Below are positions 1-8,942 of a stretch of 64,000 bases of DNA, in pieces. The position numbers were made by a program, and so were the translations under genes. Position 1 is the stretch's first letter, and the number at the start of each line of letters is the position of its first letter. The notes under the pieces are model-generated. The model was not told the origin of the DNA. It did no database searches and saw only the letters and a list, made by a program, of their open reading frames with translations. Source of the DNA: an uncultured Gemmatimonadales bacterium (GTDB taxonomy: Bacteria; Gemmatimonadota; Gemmatimonadetes; Longimicrobiales; Longimicrobiaceae); NCBI GenBank assembly GCA_963716255.1, contig OY970303.1:544001-608000 (forward strand), written 5' to 3'.

Positions 1-1043
1 ACGCCGCCGGGCGAGGTGGACTGGCGCCCCTGCTGCGCGTAGCCGTTGGGGCGGATGTAGAGCGAGCAGCGCGTGCCGGCCACCTGAGGCTGGCTGCGGA
101 AGCTCACCACGCTGATGGCTCCGGGCCCCTGTTCCCACTCGTCGTCCGGGGTCATGGCCTGCACCCACTTGCGCAGCTGCATCTGTGCCTGCGGCCGCTC
201 GCCCATCGTCATCTTCAGCAGGTCGAACATCTGCCGCGGGGGGTCGGGGACGCCGGCCACCAGCACGTCCAGCTTCATCTCGATCCCCTTCTCCGTGTCG
301 CGCAGCCCCAGGATGACCGAACCCTCAGGGAGGACGAAGCGCCCGCCCAGGACCACCCCGGCCGAGGCCAGGAGAGCGGGGAGCTGCGCGCCCACCCCCA
401 GGCGGTGCATCAGCGGCTCCAGGTCCAGGAGCCGGAGGTCGCCCCGGTGGAAGAAGTAGAGGCGCTGCGCCCCCTTCTGCCGCCCGCAGGCGATGGAGGT
501 GAAGATGGGGACGAGCCCGGGGAGGCACTGCACGGCCACGCGGGCCACGTGCTGCAGGTTGGGCGGGAGGCCGTCCACGTCGCCGGGGCGGAGCTCGTAG
601 TAGACCTTCGACTCCTGTACCCCCGCGGGGTCGACGCCCAGGCCGAACCAGGCCCCGAAGCGGGCGCCGCCGTGCAGCGCGGCGCCGCGGAAGTGCTCGC
701 TCCGCTCGTCGAACCAGCGCAGCGCCGCCGAGCCGAAGTTGCCGGAGACCACCCGGCGCATCTCGCGGCCGGCCTCCTGCTGCCGGGCGTGGGCGCCGGC
801 CCCGGGGCCCAGCGGCTCGATGTCGAGCCGCAGGGCGTCGGATGCGACCTCCGAGAAGGAGTGCTCGATCGGCGTATAGCCGGGCGTCAGCTCATTCTGG
901 CCGTAGCGCGGGTCCCCCACCGGGAGGTCGAGGCTGCGGTCCAGGAGCCCGCCGATGATCTCGCCCGGGTCCGGCGTCCCCAGCCGGCGCGAGGCGATCT
1001 GGAGGCGGCGCCGGGCCACCTCCGCGGCTCTTTGATTGGACAT
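1..1043 (-). CDS. Hypothetical protein with aromatic prenyltransferase (ABBA/DMATS-like) motifs; 3' end runs off the window
   Basis: Not in the ORF track because it has no stop in the window. Hand translation from ATG 1043 (MSNQRAAEVARRRLQ...) is open to base 1, with GGAGG upstream. Motifs LTPGYTPIEHSFS, ESKVYYE and CSLYIRP. Confidence 0.6.
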   Translation of the reverse strand, partial: MSNQRAAEVARRRLQIASRRLGTPDPGEIIGGLLDRSLDLPVGDPRYGQNELTPGYTPIEHSFSEVASDALRLDIEPLGPGAGAHARQQEAGREMRRVVSGNFGSAALRWFDERSEHFRGAALHGGARFGAWFGLGVDPAGVQESKVYYELRPGDVDGLPPNLQHVARVAVQCLPGLVPIFTSIACGRQKGAQRLYFFHRGDLRLLDLEPLMHRLGVGAQLPALLASAGVVLGGRFVLPEGSVILGLRDTEKGIEMKLDVLVAGVPDPPRQMFDLLKMTMGERPQAQMQLRKWVQAMTPDDEWEQGPGAISVVSFRSQPQVAGTRCSLYIRPNGYAQQGRQSTSPGG

Positions 1044-1062
1044 GGTTCAGATCCTCCCCGGC

Positions 1063-2688
1063 TCAGGAGAGCTGCGGGACGGCCGGGAGGCCGCCCAGCC
1101 CGGCCTGCTCCAGCGCGCCGCGCACGATCGCCGCCCGCGAGCCGTCGCCGTTGCCGTTCATCGGCGCGAACGCCGGGATGCTGGGCTGCGACTTGATGTC
1201 GACCGGGTCGGTGTACTTCTCCAGGCTCGCGTCCGGCGTGCCGGTAACCGCCAGCCAGCGCTCCACGTTGGCCACCAGGAAGGGGTCGGTGAAGTCGATG
1301 GCGTTGACCGCCGAGTTCCCGGCCAGCTGCGGCGCGCGGTCGGCCAGCCAGCGCATGATGGCGAAGCCGGTCTGCGCCATAGTGCGGTAGCGCACGGTGT
1401 TGATCGAGCCGCCCAGGTACATCGACGAGAGGCGGTCGACGAGCTGCAGGTAGTCGCGGACGCCGTATGCCGAGAGGACTTCGGACTGCTGCAGCATGTC
1501 GAGCACCTGCTGCACCAGCGCCTGTGTCTCCACCGCGGCGAAGTGCGCCACCCCGTAGCCGTGCAGCGACAGGTTGACGGCCAGGTCGCGTCCCGACTTC
1601 AGCGCCTGCTCGAAGGAGGTGCCGCGCGGCATCTGGCTGTTCTGCTCGCGCGACAGCACGCTGACGATGGAGCAGAAGCGCAGCCACAGGTCGCTGAACT
1701 CGCGGTTCAGCACCACCCCGCCCGCCGGCCCCTGGGCCAGCCCCAGGGCGCGGCCGTAGACGCCGCGGCGCTCCACCTCGGTGTAGCGGTTGGGGGCCTC
1801 GCGGATCCAGTTGTAGACCTTGTCGCCGGCCGGCCCGCGCGAGAGCGGGATCATCCCGATGGAGAAGTGCTCGGCGACCTTCTCGGCCACGGCGAAGAGC
1901 TTCATCTCCTCCAGCATCGCCGTGCGGTAGAGCCCCGCCACCGCCAGCACGTTGTCAGCGATGATGTCGACCGCCGTCCCCGCGTCCAGGTCGATGTCGC
2001 GGATGTCGATGTCCGACGCCGTCCCGTCCACGCGGCTGCTGAGCGCCTGCGTGAGCGCGGTGACGATCAGCCGGCGGATCTGCGGGTGGTCGGCCGGGAC
2101 GCGGTCGTCGATCATCCGCCCGGTTACCTCGGCCAGGAGGCGCGTGTGCAGCGTGGTCTCGAAGGCGGCGCCGTCGTCGGCGCGGCTGCTCCCCTCCTCC
2201 AAGAGGACGCGGAAGACCTCCCTGAAGAGCTCCTTGCTGGAGTTGTAGCGCTTGACGGCGTCGGTCACCGCCTCCACGAAGCGCTCGACGATCAGGATCT
2301 TCTCACCGTCCTGCTCGAAGGCGATGTCGTTGGGCCCGGCGGCCCCGGTGGCCAGGCGGCCGAGCGACGCGTCGGTGAAGTTGCGCGACAGGAGGATCCC
2401 GAAGATCGACGAGAAGAGGATCTTCTCCTCCTGCAGCAGCGCCTCGAGGATCTTGGGATCGGCCTTGGGGATCTTCCCGAAGCCGCCGGGGAAGTTCTCG
2501 GCCGAGGTGGTGGTGCTCCCGTCCGGGTCGAACGAGAAGTTCGAGCGGAGGAGGTGGCGGACTGCGAGGTACAGGCGCTTCCGCTGGCGGTTGCGCTCCA
2601 GGCGCCGCGTGGTCTCCGCGGGGGACTCGGCGGGGGTGGGGCGCTCGAAGAGGTCGGGGTAGTACTCTTTGCAGTTCGGGGCGACCAT
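1063..2688 (-). CDS. Conserved hypothetical protein, 541 aa, apparently mostly helical
   Basis: Long ORF with GC-rich third positions, GGAG upstream, inside the operon; no recognisable catalytic motif. Confidence 0.85.
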   Translation of the reverse strand: MVAPNCKEYYPDLFERPTPAESPAETTRRLERNRQRKRLYLAVRHLLRSNFSFDPDGSTTTSAENFPGGFGKIPKADPKILEALLQEEKILFSSIFGILLSRNFTDASLGRLATGAAGPNDIAFEQDGEKILIVERFVEAVTDAVKRYNSSKELFREVFRVLLEEGSSRADDGAAFETTLHTRLLAEVTGRMIDDRVPADHPQIRRLIVTALTQALSSRVDGTASDIDIRDIDLDAGTAVDIIADNVLAVAGLYRTAMLEEMKLFAVAEKVAEHFSIGMIPLSRGPAGDKVYNWIREAPNRYTEVERRGVYGRALGLAQGPAGGVVLNREFSDLWLRFCSIVSVLSREQNSQMPRGTSFEQALKSGRDLAVNLSLHGYGVAHFAAVETQALVQQVLDMLQQSEVLSAYGVRDYLQLVDRLSSMYLGGSINTVRYRTMAQTGFAIMRWLADRAPQLAGNSAVNAIDFTDPFLVANVERWLAVTGTPDASLEKYTDPVDIKSQPSIPAFAPMNGNGDGSRAAIVRGALEQAGLGGLPAVPQLS

Positions 2689-2764
2689 GGCGGGTCATCT
2701 CCAGTCCGAAGTGATGGGGTCGTTGCGGCCGTGAATTGCTACTGTCCCGGGGAACGGCTTCGGG

Positions 2765-4237
2765 CTACGGCGATCTCGCCACCTCGAGCGTCTCCCGCAC
2801 CGGCTCGGCCCATCCGGGCGGCTCCTCGAGCTCCTCGCTCGCGAGCTCCCGCTCCAGGGCCCTCAGCGCAGCCGTGGCATCCAGGATCCCTGCGCCGCAG
2901 CCGGCCGTGTCCGCGCCCCGTGGGAAGGGGCGCGCCGTGCGCTTCAGAAGGTCGCGGACCCCCTCGCCGTCGATCGGCCGGCTGTAGCGCGCCGACCTGG
3001 CCACCAGGAGGGCGGCGATGCCGGCCGCGAACGGCGCGGCGAAGGAGGTGCCGGTGTTGAACTGGTATCCGCCCACCGCGGTCGACGGGATGCTCTCGCC
3101 GGGGGCGCAGAGGTCTACGTGGTCGCCGCGGGTGGTGAACGAGGCGGGCGTCTCGTCGGCCCCCACGGCGCCCACGGCGATCACGCCGTCCAGGCATGCC
3201 GGGTAGTAGCGGGCGCCGGTGCCGCTGTTGCCCGAGGCGGCGACGAGCACGCACCCGTGCCGGCGGGCGTAGTCGACCACCTCCTTGTGGGGGCGCGGGT
3301 CCTTTTCGCGCAGCGCGCTCTCGGGCGTGCCGAAGGAGAGGTTGAGCACCTTGGCCCCCAGGTCCACCGCGGTCTTCACCGCCAGATCGATGTCGATCAG
3401 GCTTCCCAGCGCCGTCGCGTCGCGGCGCCCCACCATCCGGGCCCCGGCCAGGGCGCGGCAGGCCATCACCCGCAGGTCTCCGCCGCACCCCTTCGGGAGC
3501 TTCTTCCCCCGCGCCGCGATGATCCCGGCGCAGGCGGTGCCGTGGCCCACGATGTCGTCGGGGACGCGGTCGGGGCGGGAATGGTCGCCCACCAGGCGCA
3601 TGGAGCGCGGCACCTGTTCGCCCGGGAGGTCCACCGTGTCGAAGCCGGGGCGGAGCGCGCCCTCCAGGTCGGGGTGGTGCAGGTCGATCCCGCTGTCCAC
3701 GATGGCCAGGATCAGCGCGCTGTCGCCCGGCTCCATCGCCAGCGCCTCGGCGGCGTGGATCATCCGGTGCCCGTACCAGGGGTCCTCCGGCCGCGCCCGC
3801 CTGGCGCCCTGCGCCCCGAACGGCGTCACCGAGAGGTAGACGGGGCTCACCGACTGGATGGTGGCGAGCGAGCCCACCTCCTCGATCAACGACACCAGGT
3901 CCGCGTCGGGGTCCACGTCGATGCGGAAGGTGCGCGAGAGGCCGGTCTCCTCTTCCAGGTCGCTCCAGCGGTCCTTCCGCTCGCCGGGCGAGCCGATGCG
4001 GTTCGCGGGCGAGAAGGTGCGGACGACGCGGAGCGCGGGGGAAAAGCGCTTGACCGCGCGGTCGACCTGGCCGCCGTCGAAAGAGAGCGGCGCCACGGCG
4101 AGGCCCGACGCCACGTCGGCGCGGTGGGGCACCCGGTCGGGCGCTTCGCCGGAGGCGACGCGGATCACCAGGCGGCCGCGGAGCGCGAGCCGGGTGCGCT
4201 CGGGCTCCCAGGGGCGGTCCGGCGCGGATTCAGTCAT
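2765..4237 (-). CDS. S8 (subtilisin-family) serine peptidase with N-terminal pro-region, no signal peptide
   Basis: Triad motifs AIVDSG, GHGTACAGIIAA and GTSFAAP; oxyanion motif AASGNSG. Confidence 0.95.
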   Translation of the reverse strand: MTESAPDRPWEPERTRLALRGRLVIRVASGEAPDRVPHRADVASGLAVAPLSFDGGQVDRAVKRFSPALRVVRTFSPANRIGSPGERKDRWSDLEEETGLSRTFRIDVDPDADLVSLIEEVGSLATIQSVSPVYLSVTPFGAQGARRARPEDPWYGHRMIHAAEALAMEPGDSALILAIVDSGIDLHHPDLEGALRPGFDTVDLPGEQVPRSMRLVGDHSRPDRVPDDIVGHGTACAGIIAARGKKLPKGCGGDLRVMACRALAGARMVGRRDATALGSLIDIDLAVKTAVDLGAKVLNLSFGTPESALREKDPRPHKEVVDYARRHGCVLVAASGNSGTGARYYPACLDGVIAVGAVGADETPASFTTRGDHVDLCAPGESIPSTAVGGYQFNTGTSFAAPFAAGIAALLVARSARYSRPIDGEGVRDLLKRTARPFPRGADTAGCGAGILDATAALRALERELASEELEEPPGWAEPVRETLEVARSP

Positions 4238-5102
4238 GGTCGGCTCCGTTCCCCGTGGGCGCCGCCAGCGGCACCGCCACCAGCTCCGTCGCCATCCGCG
4301 GGTCCCCCGCCTCGCGGACGGCCCGGCCCGGATCGCGGAGCTCCGCGGGGGCCACCAGGTCGGCGGGGAGGTCGTAGAAGCCCATCGCCCGCGTCCCGCC
4401 CACGCTCACCTCCACCTGCCCCTCGCGGTGGTGCGACATCGGGCGGACCAGGAGGGAGTTGGAAGTTGCCTCCAGCACCTCCACCGGCTCGCCGGAAAGG
4501 AGGACCTGGGGGATGCCTTCGGACGAGAGGTTGGCGCCGCGGACGCGCAGAAGGCTCCGCCCGCCGCGCCTGACCACCTCGGTGCTGCTGACCGCCGGCC
4601 GCGAGGCCTGCTGGAGGGCGGCCTGCAGGCGGAGCATCGGGATCCCGGCGTAGGTCTCCACCGAGCGCGGGTCGGTCTCCTGCGAAAGGCGCTTGAGCTG
4701 TCCCACGGTGCGCACGCCGATCATCTCCAGCCGCCTCCGGTCCTGGTCGCTGAAGGCATCCTCGCCGGGGAGGTCCTGCAGCCCGCGCGGGTCCTCGTCC
4801 ATCCCCACCGAGAAGGTGTTCTCCTCCACCATCTCCCTGGTAATGGTGGTGAAGTTCAGGTGCACGGTGCTGGCGCCGTCCTCGTTGGGCCCGGCGTGGC
4901 GCACCAGCACGCGCCCCGTGGGGTCCGACTCCCAGAAGACGCGCAGATCGATGCTGAGGTCCTTGATGGCGAAGGTCAGCGGCCTCCCGGTGCGCGCCTT
5001 GAGCGCCAGGCCGTCCTGTGCGCGGTCGAGCTGCGCCGAGAGCGCCTGCACGAACTCCTCTACCGGGAACGCCCGACCCTGGCGCTGCGCCTGTCCGTTC
5101 AC
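4230..5102 (-). CDS. Hypothetical protein: Trypco2-like N-terminal domain, possible IPT/TIG-like C-terminal domain
   Basis: FPVEEFVQALSAQLDRAQ...LTFAIKDLSIDLRVF helix-then-strand pattern; LRVRGANL...VLLSGEPVEVLE; overlaps both neighbours. Confidence 0.6.
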   Translation of the reverse strand: MNGQAQRQGRAFPVEEFVQALSAQLDRAQDGLALKARTGRPLTFAIKDLSIDLRVFWESDPTGRVLVRHAGPNEDGASTVHLNFTTITREMVEENTFSVGMDEDPRGLQDLPGEDAFSDQDRRRLEMIGVRTVGQLKRLSQETDPRSVETYAGIPMLRLQAALQQASRPAVSSTEVVRRGGRSLLRVRGANLSSEGIPQVLLSGEPVEVLEATSNSLLVRPMSHHREGQVEVSVGGTRAMGFYDLPADLVAPAELRDPGRAVREAGDPRMATELVAVPLAAPTGNGADHD

Positions 5103-5332
5103 GATCCCTCCTCGGCCAGGCGCATGCGGAGGCGCCCGTGCGGAAGGCCGAAGCCGGTGGCCAGCATCCCGCGCGGAAGCGACATCTCCACCTCGCCGGC
5201 GCGAACGATGCGTGCCTCGATCGGGAGGTCGAGGGTGACCTCGGCGACGGAGAGGCCGAGCCCCGGCGCCTCGGGGGGAGCCACCGCGAAGGCGTCGGCC
5301 AGCTGGTCGATGAGCTGCTCGATGCGCGTCAT
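5099..5332 (-). CDS. Small hypothetical protein, 77 aa (MTRIEQLIDQLADAF...)
   Basis: True start is the ATG at 5332 inside track ORF 5099..6994; ATGA and GTGA overlaps with the flanking genes. Confidence 0.8.
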   Translation of the reverse strand: MTRIEQLIDQLADAFAVAPPEAPGLGLSVAEVTLDLPIEARIVRAGEVEMSLPRGMLATGFGLPHGRLRMRLAEEGS

Positions 5333-6462
5333 GACGGGCCTCCGGCCGGGGCCGGCGCGATCGCCGGCTTCTGCTCGGCGGGCTGCTCGGCGCCAGGACG
5401 CAGGCGGGAGTGGCGGTTGATCAGCTCGATGGCCTGCGAGTCGGCGAAGCGCTCCAGGTTGAAGGTCTCGCTCCGGAAGCGGATGGCGACCTCGCCGACG
5501 AGGTTCGCCTTGATTGCGACGTCGGCCTGTGCGTTGACGCTCACGGTGGAGACCTTGGTGGAAACCCCGCCGCTGGAGCCCGTGTCGCGGCTGGCGATCC
5601 CGCTCTGCACCGCGGCGGCGTTGTCGGTCAGGTCCACCTTCACCGCCTCGCGGGCGGTGGCGTGGAACTGCAGCCGGGCCTTGATCTGTCCGTCCTGGAT
5701 GACGATGCGGTTGACCCCCAGGAGCACCATGGTCGCCAGCGTCTGCATCCGCTCTTCGGCCATCCCCATCCGCCCGGCCTCGAGCAGCGCCCCCTCCGCC
5801 AGCTCCTCCGTCAGCTCCTGGCCGGCAAGCTTGTACTGCTCCAGCCACGCGGGCGAATCGGCGTCGTCCTTCCTGCGGGGCTTGAGCTTCGGCGAGCCGG
5901 TCGAGCCGGCGCTCGGGACGACGACGACCAGGTCCTGCGGATGGCGCTCGGCCAGGGCGAAGCGCACCTGGTTGGGCGAGACGTTTTCGCGTGCGAACTG
6001 GTCGACGGTCTGCGCGATGCTGGCCACCAGCTTGGCGTACTCGCGGATCTGCTGCGCCGTGGCGTCGACGATGGCCTGGAAGGTCCCGTTGATCAGCTCG
6101 GCGACGAACGACGGGAAGTCGACCGCCTCGAGCGCGGCGCGCGCCCGCTGGCCGATCACCTCGGTGCCGGCCGGCTTGGCGGCGGTCGCGCCCGGCGGCG
6201 GCTGCACTGGCTGCGGCTGCTGCTGCGAGGGAGGAAAGCCGGCACCGCCCTGCATCCGCTGCAGGTCGGCCGGGGTCTCGAACGCGACGGCGTACGGGTC
6301 GTACGCCGCGGCGGACGCGACCGCGGGCGGCGAGAGGGCGCCCTCGATGCGGCGGAGGTCGTCCTCCAGCGCCTGACGCTCGGCGTACGACAGGTTCTCG
6401 TAGCCGGACAACTGGCGGATGCTGCGCGTAGCCGCGAGGGCCGCGGCGGCCGGGTTGCTCAT
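5329..6462 (-). CDS. Conserved hypothetical protein, 377 aa
   Basis: Coupled ORF; core AVDFPSFVAELINGTFQAIVDA followed by a beta-rich C-terminus. Confidence 0.85.
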   Translation of the reverse strand: MSNPAAAALAATRSIRQLSGYENLSYAERQALEDDLRRIEGALSPPAVASAAAYDPYAVAFETPADLQRMQGGAGFPPSQQQPQPVQPPPGATAAKPAGTEVIGQRARAALEAVDFPSFVAELINGTFQAIVDATAQQIREYAKLVASIAQTVDQFARENVSPNQVRFALAERHPQDLVVVVPSAGSTGSPKLKPRRKDDADSPAWLEQYKLAGQELTEELAEGALLEAGRMGMAEERMQTLATMVLLGVNRIVIQDGQIKARLQFHATAREAVKVDLTDNAAAVQSGIASRDTGSSGGVSTKVSTVSVNAQADVAIKANLVGEVAIRFRSETFNLERFADSQAIELINRHSRLRPGAEQPAEQKPAIAPAPAGGPS

Positions 6463-6465
6463 CGC

Positions 6466-8505
6466 CTAGCCCAGCACGTAGGTCGTGGCGTCGTCGAAGT
6501 CTGTCCGGTTGCTGTGCAGTGCCGCCAGCCGGCCCGCGAAGCGCGACCCCCGCGCCTCGTCCACCAGCCGCTGCAGCAGCTGGTCGCGGCCGGGGACAGC
6601 CACCGGCGACCGCGAGCCGATGGCCCGCAGCGCGCCGACAAGCGCGGCGTGGGTGCGCGGGCCCCAGCGGCCGTCGGCTCCCAGGTAAGGGGCCTGGCTC
6701 TGCTGGAACGAGCGGATGTCGGCGTGGCCCAGCGCGGCGAGCGCGGCGCGTCGGTCCTCCTCGGTGCGGACGGGCCCGCAGGCGCGCATCACCCAGCTCA
6801 CCCCGCCGCCGCTCCCCATGTGGATGCAGCGATCCCACAGCATCGCCAGCGAGCGCGCGTTGTCGAAGCCCAACCAGAGGGCCACGCGGAGGTTGGGGTC
6901 CACGTAGTCGGTGACCGCCACCTCGTTCTGCGCGAAAGTCGCGTGCGGCACCTGGCCTGCGGCGCGGAAGCGATCCATCCACTCGCGGTCCCACAGCGGC
7001 TTCCCGCCGACGGGCGCCACGCGCGCCTCGGGGTCTTCCGCGGTGGTGACGTGAAGCAGCTCCTGCGCGTGCGGGCCGAAGAGGCGGTCGAACCGGTGCT
7101 CGGGCGCGAGCGCAGCGCCCAGTGACTGCTCACGGCGCTGGATGGCCTGGAGGACGCGGCCGAGCGCCCCGCTGCGCTGCGTGAACTGGATGAAGCCCCA
7201 GGAAAGGCCGATGTGGTACTTGTGGTAGGCCGGATGCCGGGGGTCGTTGTACTCGTTGTCGGGGTTCACCGCGGAGTAGCCGCCGTGCCCGCTCTCCGCC
7301 ACCGCGATCACGCGGAGGATGCGCACCTTCTCGGGAATGTCGAGTGCGACGACCGCCAGCGCCTGCGCGGCGCGGCCCACCGGGAGCGGGTCCTCCTCCG
7401 GCTCCTCCTCGCTGTAACCCGGGTCGCGCCCACCCAGCGCCTCGGCTTCCGCGGGCGCGCCGGGATACGCCCCGGCTTCCGCCGGCGCGTCGGCCACCTC
7501 CACGCCGCCGCCGTCCGACACCCTGTCGACGGGACCGTAGCCGCCGCCGTACGCGAGCTCTTCGCCGGGGCCGGTGTCGAGCGGCGGCTCCAGGTCGATC
7601 TCGCCGACCGCGCCGTAGAGCGAGGCGGCGTCCTCGTATCCGCCGTAGGCGCCCTCGCCCTCGTCCTCGTCGCCGTCGTCCGCATCGTCGTGGACGGAGC
7701 CGTAGCCGTCACCCACCCACTCCGGCGATTCGCCCGTGCCGTCGCCGTACTCGCCGAAGTCGGGAGCGGAGGCCGAGGCCTCCGAGTAGCTGCCGGCCCC
7801 CGACGAGTCGTAGGCGTTCGGGTCGCCGTTCTCGTATCCCATCCCTCCGGCGGGGGCGTAGTCGTCCTCCGCGTCGCGGCAGTCGGCGCCCAGCTCGTGG
7901 GCGTGGTCGCCAAGCCCCGCCTGCGCGGCCACTGGGTCGCCCCCTTCGTCCTGCCACAGCTCCTTCGGGTACCCGTCGTCGTACTCGCCGCTCTGCGGGG
8001 CGCTTGCCGCGCGGGAGGCGGCCAGCGCCTCGTCGCCGCCCCAGGTGAGCGAGCCGGCGCTCGCGGCGCCGTAGCTGTCGGGAGTCGAGGCGAGCCCGCC
8101 CAGGCGCGAGCGGTCCAGCCCGCGCCCGCTGAAGTCGCTGGAGACGAGGATGCTGGGAGCACGGTCCAGCGTCTGGGGCGAGATGGTGAACTCGGGGGCA
8201 CCGCCGTACCGGCTCTCGTAGGTGGCGAGCGCGTAGTAGATGCGCGGCGCGCCCACGAAGCGGCGCAGCTGTTCGGGCGGTATGAACCAGGCGGTCTGGC
8301 CGTCCGGCGCACGCATCAGCCCGTTGGAGCGGCTGGAGTAGAAGTTTTTCGGCGAGCGGTAGCGCTGCCAATCGGTGTGGAAGAGGCGAGGGTCCGTGGC
8401 GCACGCCACCTCGAAGAAGCGCGTGGGCGGCACGTTGACCGCGAACGAGGCCACGGGAAAGCGGTCCGAGATCTCGGCGCGACAGGGGACGATCTGCGTT
8501 TCCAT
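6466..8505 (-). CDS. Multidomain protein: N-terminal globular domain, acidic Tyr/Gly-rich linker, C-terminal lysozyme-like and peptidoglycan-binding-like region
   Basis: IAVAESG...GLSWGFIQFTQRSGALG resembles muramidase-type domains; FQQSQ...LGADGRWGPRTHAAL resembles PG_binding_1. Confidence 0.7.
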   Translation of the reverse strand: METQIVPCRAEISDRFPVASFAVNVPPTRFFEVACATDPRLFHTDWQRYRSPKNFYSSRSNGLMRAPDGQTAWFIPPEQLRRFVGAPRIYYALATYESRYGGAPEFTISPQTLDRAPSILVSSDFSGRGLDRSRLGGLASTPDSYGAASAGSLTWGGDEALAASRAASAPQSGEYDDGYPKELWQDEGGDPVAAQAGLGDHAHELGADCRDAEDDYAPAGGMGYENGDPNAYDSSGAGSYSEASASAPDFGEYGDGTGESPEWVGDGYGSVHDDADDGDEDEGEGAYGGYEDAASLYGAVGEIDLEPPLDTGPGEELAYGGGYGPVDRVSDGGGVEVADAPAEAGAYPGAPAEAEALGGRDPGYSEEEPEEDPLPVGRAAQALAVVALDIPEKVRILRVIAVAESGHGGYSAVNPDNEYNDPRHPAYHKYHIGLSWGFIQFTQRSGALGRVLQAIQRREQSLGAALAPEHRFDRLFGPHAQELLHVTTAEDPEARVAPVGGKPLWDREWMDRFRAAGQVPHATFAQNEVAVTDYVDPNLRVALWLGFDNARSLAMLWDRCIHMGSGGGVSWVMRACGPVRTEEDRRAALAALGHADIRSFQQSQAPYLGADGRWGPRTHAALVGALRAIGSRSPVAVPGRDQLLQRLVDEARGSRFAGRLAALHSNRTDFDDATTYVLG

Positions 8506-8566
8506 GGGAGCGCCCTGGCGGTGGACGGGGGAGTCCGGGGAAAGGGGTCCAGCGCGCCACTCAAAG

Positions 8567-8581
8567 GCAGGCAGCGTACCA
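8567..8581 (-). promoter_or_regulatory. Sigma-54 -24/-12 promoter of the left operon
   Basis: Minus strand TGGTACG-CTGC-CTGC versus consensus TGGCACG-N4-TTGC; exact GG-N10-GC spacing; about 60 nt upstream of ATG 8505. Confidence 0.75.
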
Positions 8582-8640
8582 CGGGTGGAGAGCAGTGGGA
8601 ACGGCCTGTCGTTTCGCGAAAAATGGGCATGCTACTCAGG

Positions 8641-8669
8641 TGTAAAAGATTGCATTGCAGTTTGATACA
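8641..8669. promoter_or_regulatory. Candidate enhancer (bEBP-binding) palindrome
   Basis: TGTA-N6-TGCA-T-TGCA-N6-TACA imperfect dyad in an AT-rich patch 60-90 nt upstream of the -24 box. Confidence 0.55.
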
Positions 8670-8843
8670 AGTATCTGTGCGGAGCATGAAATCGGAAAAC
8701 TCGCACGGAGTGGAGTCCGGCTCCCGGGCAGCGTTCCGTGCACGGACGGGCAGGAGGATGCCCCTTTCGTCGTGGCCGATCGTGCAGCCGCTCCCACGGA
8801 AAGCGTCCCCTGGAGGGGGCCAGGGTGCGCGGGGCCCGGACCG

Positions 8844-8898
8844 GGAAAGAACGGAGCCGGCGGAGGAAGTTGCTTCCTCCGCCGGCTCCGTTCTTTCC
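8844..8898. terminator. 26-bp perfect hairpin downstream of the sigma-54 activator gene
   Basis: GGAAAGAACGGAGCCGGCGGAGGAAG-TTG-exact reverse complement; no clear U-tract. Confidence 0.55.
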
Positions 8899-8942
8899 GG
8901 CCTGGTCTGCGTCCCGCGCGGCCCGGCGCGTGGCTGGTGCGT

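Noticed and set aside
1..4237. Cyanobactin-type RiPP cluster
   Set aside because: No PatE-like precursor with repeated recognition sites and no YcaO enzyme in the window; only the enzyme pairing is reminiscent.
1063..8505. Contractile injection system, T6SS or prophage
   Set aside because: No recognisable sheath, tube, baseplate, VgrG, terminase or capsid motifs.
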